A stretch of DNA of 63,735 nucleotides, counting the filler, from Aduncisulcus paluster (lineage: Eukaryota), in the NCBI GenBank assembly GCA_024181965.1. It is 16 parts of 16 records of this genome, joined end to end, with 100 filler letters (N's around TTAATTAATTAA, not from the genome) between each part and the next. Parts side by side here need not be neighbours in the genome. Positions count along the whole stretch, not along the records: positions 60,681 to 62,007 come from BQXS01009778.1; positions 62,108 to 63,735 come from BQXS01009779.1; 14 more parts are not named here. The stretch is one strand, 5' to 3'. Shown in pieces: positions 60,681 to 63,735 of this stretch. Under the pieces are notes generated by a model, which was not told the DNA's origin, did not search any database, and saw nothing but the letters and a program-made list of their open reading frames with translations. Position 1 is the first letter of the stretch; every line of letters starts with the position of its first letter. A program made the position numbers and the translations under genes.

Positions 60681-62007
60681 CCTTCTTCCCCTTGACTTTC
60701 AGACTTATCAACAACACACCATCTCTTGGCAAATGAACTCACACTGCCTCCAATACAAAACTCCATAAGGAATCCATAAACTCCCTTCAAATCTGCATCA
60801 AGAAGATCAAGAATATACAAAGGACGAGGGATACGATTGAAACATTTGGAGTTATTAAATAACTTTCTTTGCACCTTAAACTCCCTTTGACAATCTTTCA
60901 TAACCTTTTCATCTGTTTTACGAAGCATCTTCTTCAGAACACAAGGAATGGGAATACCTTCAACTTTAACAAGAATAACTTCACCAAATCCGCCCTGACC
61001 AATGATGCACTGAGGAGTGATGGTTGCAGAGGAAGTGAGAGAATCACGTTTAAGATCTGATCGAATATCTCCCTGGATGAATATCAGAGATTTTATCCGA
61101 AAACGTCGTTCATTCTTCTCCCACGACATCCCTTTCCCTTCAATCTTGCATCGAACAACATTTGTCAAATCAATAGGAAGGAAGTGCAATTCATACCAAT
61201 ATTCATATCTCGAAAATTCATACTTCTTGGGTATCTTCTTACCATTAGAAAGAGTGAAAGTGAAAAGGAGAGAAGATGAACTATAATTCTTATTCACACA
61301 GATATAAGCACCTTTCATTGAGCTTGGTGCTGGAAAAGGGATGGAGAGATGTGATAAGGATAACCATACATTACTTTCTCGTTTTAACATTCTTTCGGCT
61401 CTTAAACTCTCATCATATTCCTTGGATTCTCGACTTTTCGAACTGTCCTTCGCCTTTACCGATTTGAATAATGGATTTACCACAATCATTCCTTTTAATT
61501 CCGATTTTAAAACCGACTAAAAATAGCACCATATCGGAAATGACAATACAACAAAAATGAACAATAAGAATAATAAACGAAACAAAAAAAAATTAAGTCC
61601 AATAAACATCAAAACAAACAAACAAAAAACATACAGTTTCACGCCACATGTTTGTAACAAAAATTTCATTCAATTGCTGCTGAACACCTCTGATGAAAGA
61701 GAGGGAATCCATTTCAAAATCAAATGGATCCTTGATTCTAGAATTTCTGTTGCCTTCAATTTCACATCCAACAACATCAGAGATATCAATTGGAAGAAAA
61801 AACCAAGCATCGGTCCTCTGAGCATTAAAATAATATTTAATCGCTTGAATCTTCCCTGTAGACGAACTAAAGGTGAAGATAAGCTGAATTGGAAGTGATA
61901 AAGTGCTAGAACTCAAACATATATAGGCACCTTTAATGGGAGTCGAAGGGGAAAAAGGGATAGAAATATGGGTGAATTTTCTCGTGAATAATCCTGAACT
62001 TTCCCCT
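60681..62007 (-). CDS. Tandem KGAYIC-domain + Ser/Thr protein kinase; two exons, partial at both ends
   Basis: Two domain copies joined by intron 61634-61517. Kinase motifs IGQGGFGEV, CVLKKM, REFKVQ and FLMEFCIGGS. Confidence 0.82.
61517..61634 (-). other. Spliceosomal intron, 118 nt, phase 0
   Basis: GTATGT...TTTTTAG, T-rich. Removal gives in-frame WRET|SVLKSELKGMIVVNP and fuses ORFs 61593-61916 and 60629-61489. Confidence 0.8.
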
Positions 62008-62108
62008 NNNNNNNNNNNNNNNNNNNNNNNNNNNNNNNNNNNNNNNNNNNNTTAATTAATTAANNNNNNNNNNNNNNNNNNNNNNNNNNNNNNNNNNNNN
62101 NNNNNNNC

Positions 62109-62690
62109 AACTATGGTGGAAAACCTTTACTTGGATTCAATCCTTCTTTGTGGAGAGATGAAGTTGGTGAACGGGGACCAGGGTGTTCGTGTTCAAATTG
62201 TTCCGCCAAACGTGTGTATGAGTTTCAAATTCTCCCCACTTTCCTGAGTTTGTTGGACGTTGACAAGCATCGAGAAATTGAACTTAAAGTTGAGAAATCG
62301 AGAGAATCTTTGTGTAAACAGGAAGATAAAGTTGTTGTTGAAGAGGAAAAGGTGATTGAAGATAGGGGAGCTGATGGAGAGTGGAAATTGACTGGCGGTA
62401 AAGGGGAGAGATCAAAAGGTGCCAAGAAGGAGAAGGACAGTGAAGAGAAAGAAGAAACATTATCTTCCGTGACTGATCCATCACATTCCAAGGATCCTCT
62501 CCTTCTCTTTGATTCAGATGCCATGGAGTTTCACAGTGTTTTGATCCGTACATGTGAGGACGTATGTGTTCATGAAGAGGAAAAGAGTGTAAAATATGGA
62601 GCATATGAAGAATTTGCAATTTGTGTGAAGGAGAATCTGTTGAAAAAAGACGAAAAGATCGAGAAGTTAAGAGCTCAGATGGAGAAATGA
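62109..62690 (+). CDS. PDCD2/PDCD2L (Tsr4) C-terminal domain; 5' partial
   Basis: YGGKPL, C..C...R.YEFQILP.FL, MEF.SVLI.TC...C and YEEF. Confidence 0.82.
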   Translation, partial: NYGGKPLLGFNPSLWRDEVGERGPGCSCSNCSAKRVYEFQILPTFLSLLDVDKHREIELKVEKSRESLCKQEDKVVVEEEKVIEDRGADGEWKLTGGKGERSKGAKKEKDSEEKEETLSSVTDPSHSKDPLLLFDSDAMEFHSVLIRTCEDVCVHEEEKSVKYGAYEEFAICVKENLLKKDEKIEKLRAQMEK

Positions 62691-63210
62691 ATTTTTTGAG
62701 TTTATTTTTGTTTCGTTATTCGAGTTGTATAACAAATGAGATCTGTTCCCTTGGGTTATATCTTTTCTCTCTGCTCACCACTCAATTTAGACATGCCAAC
62801 GGATGTGCATATGTGCCTGTGCACAATGACAACGATTCTCGAGTTGACTCTTCTGTCTCTCTGACGATTATCCGAAAGAGTGCTCAAAACAACGTGAAAC
62901 GGCCATACGAGGACCTCCCTGACGTGATTGATCAGCTTGAGCCCTATTTGAAGCCTTCTGCCGCACGTTCTTCCATCGGGGGTTCTGTGGATCACATTGA
63001 GGGATTTGGGATCACAACCGATGAACTTGTGTGATGATTTCGTGAGAACCTCGATCTTTCCAATAATAATGGCCAATGTTTGAATCCTATGGCATGTGTG
63101 TGTGTGTGTGTGACATTGTGTGATATATTGTGTCTTGTCATGTCTCACAGATTCCAATAAAGATGATGGTTGTTGCATGTGTTCTACATCTGGTTCTTAT
63201 ATCATATAAG

Positions 63211-63735
63211 TTATATGTGGTTGTTGTCAAAACACATGGGCAGCGAGGACATTCCCAGGAGCTCAGAGTCGGACATAAAGTCGTCCAAGAGATAAGGGAG
63301 AACAAGAGTGTCCACGATAGCATACACGATGGCAAACACGATGGAACAGACGATAATAAACATCAGGGTAAGGTGGGATGCAGATGGATCAGAGATGGAC
63401 AACGAGGAGAAATGGATGCCATGGCTGTCTGAGGATGAATCGAAGGGATGGGCATTGTTATATTGGACAGGGTTGACAAAGTCAACGGAGTCATGTCCAG
63501 ATACTCCATTCCTCACCGCTTGTTCTTGTTCTTTCTTCCTCTCCATTTCCTCACGTTCCTTCTCTTCACGCTCCATGTCATCTCGTAGTCGTGCAATAGA
63601 GTCGAGGATCTTGGCCTTTTCACGCTCGAAGGTGGCACATCTGGCACAACAAGCACACGGGGGCAGCGTGGGATCTTGGGGATGCTGTTCGTTTCCTTCT
63701 TGAGCAACACATGGTGCGTCCAGGGCATCCATCTC
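63211..63735 (-). CDS. C-terminal part of a coiled-coil protein with a near-terminal transmembrane helix
   Basis: Charged heptads followed by LTLMFIIVCSIVFAIVYAIV. Confidence 0.6.
   Translation of the reverse strand, partial: EMDALDAPCVAQEGNEQHPQDPTLPPCACCARCATFEREKAKILDSIARLRDDMEREEKEREEMERKKEQEQAVRNGVSGHDSVDFVNPVQYNNAHPFDSSSDSHGIHFSSLSISDPSASHLTLMFIIVCSIVFAIVYAIVDTLVLPYLLDDFMSDSELLGMSSLPMCFDNNHI

Noticed and set aside
63095-63112. (TG)n microsatellite; also (TTTA)n near 28445
   Set aside because: Ordinary short simple repeats.
1-63735. tRNA, rRNA, telomeric repeats, Fanzor/TnpB or viral genes
   Set aside because: None recognised by eye; tRNAscan-SE, Infernal and HMM searches would be needed to exclude them.

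Overview
This window is eukaryotic DNA, not prokaryotic, and it is not one locus. It is 16 contig pieces joined by artificial 100-nt linkers (N44-TTAATTAATTAA-N44). Seven 20-N gaps are each flanked by a 200-440 bp duplicated overlap, so adjacency across linkers means nothing. The gene content points to an anaerobic, bacterivorous flagellate with the standard genetic code and few introns: PFOR, GH25 lysozyme, kinesin and a C2CD6-like gene. The expanded gene families resemble those I recall from the fornicate metamonad Aduncisulcus paluster; this is from memory, not a search. Recognisable genes are VPS15-like, GH25 lysozyme, a SAH-hydrolase-like protein lacking its catalytic residues, an LRR+EGF protein, HIRA-like, Fes1/HspBP1, a divergent kinesin, C2CD6/ALS2CR11-like, PFOR and PDCD2/Tsr4-like. 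Two lineage-expanded families are present: a 'KGAYIC' domain-kinase family and a helical-repeat family, and several members are disrupted. Mobile DNA includes several Ty3/Gypsy fragments, a Plavaka/CMC-like transposase and a probable hAT end. The best leads are: (1) the SAHH pseudoenzyme with a ~345-aa insert; (2) three Gypsy gag leaders sharing a self-complementary motif and a palindrome, two of them without a tRNA primer site; (3) the intracellular sensor-kinase family; (4) a PFOR with a possible organelle-targeting peptide; (5) two GTATGT..TAG introns missed by the ORF track, plus a weak U1-like RNA candidate.
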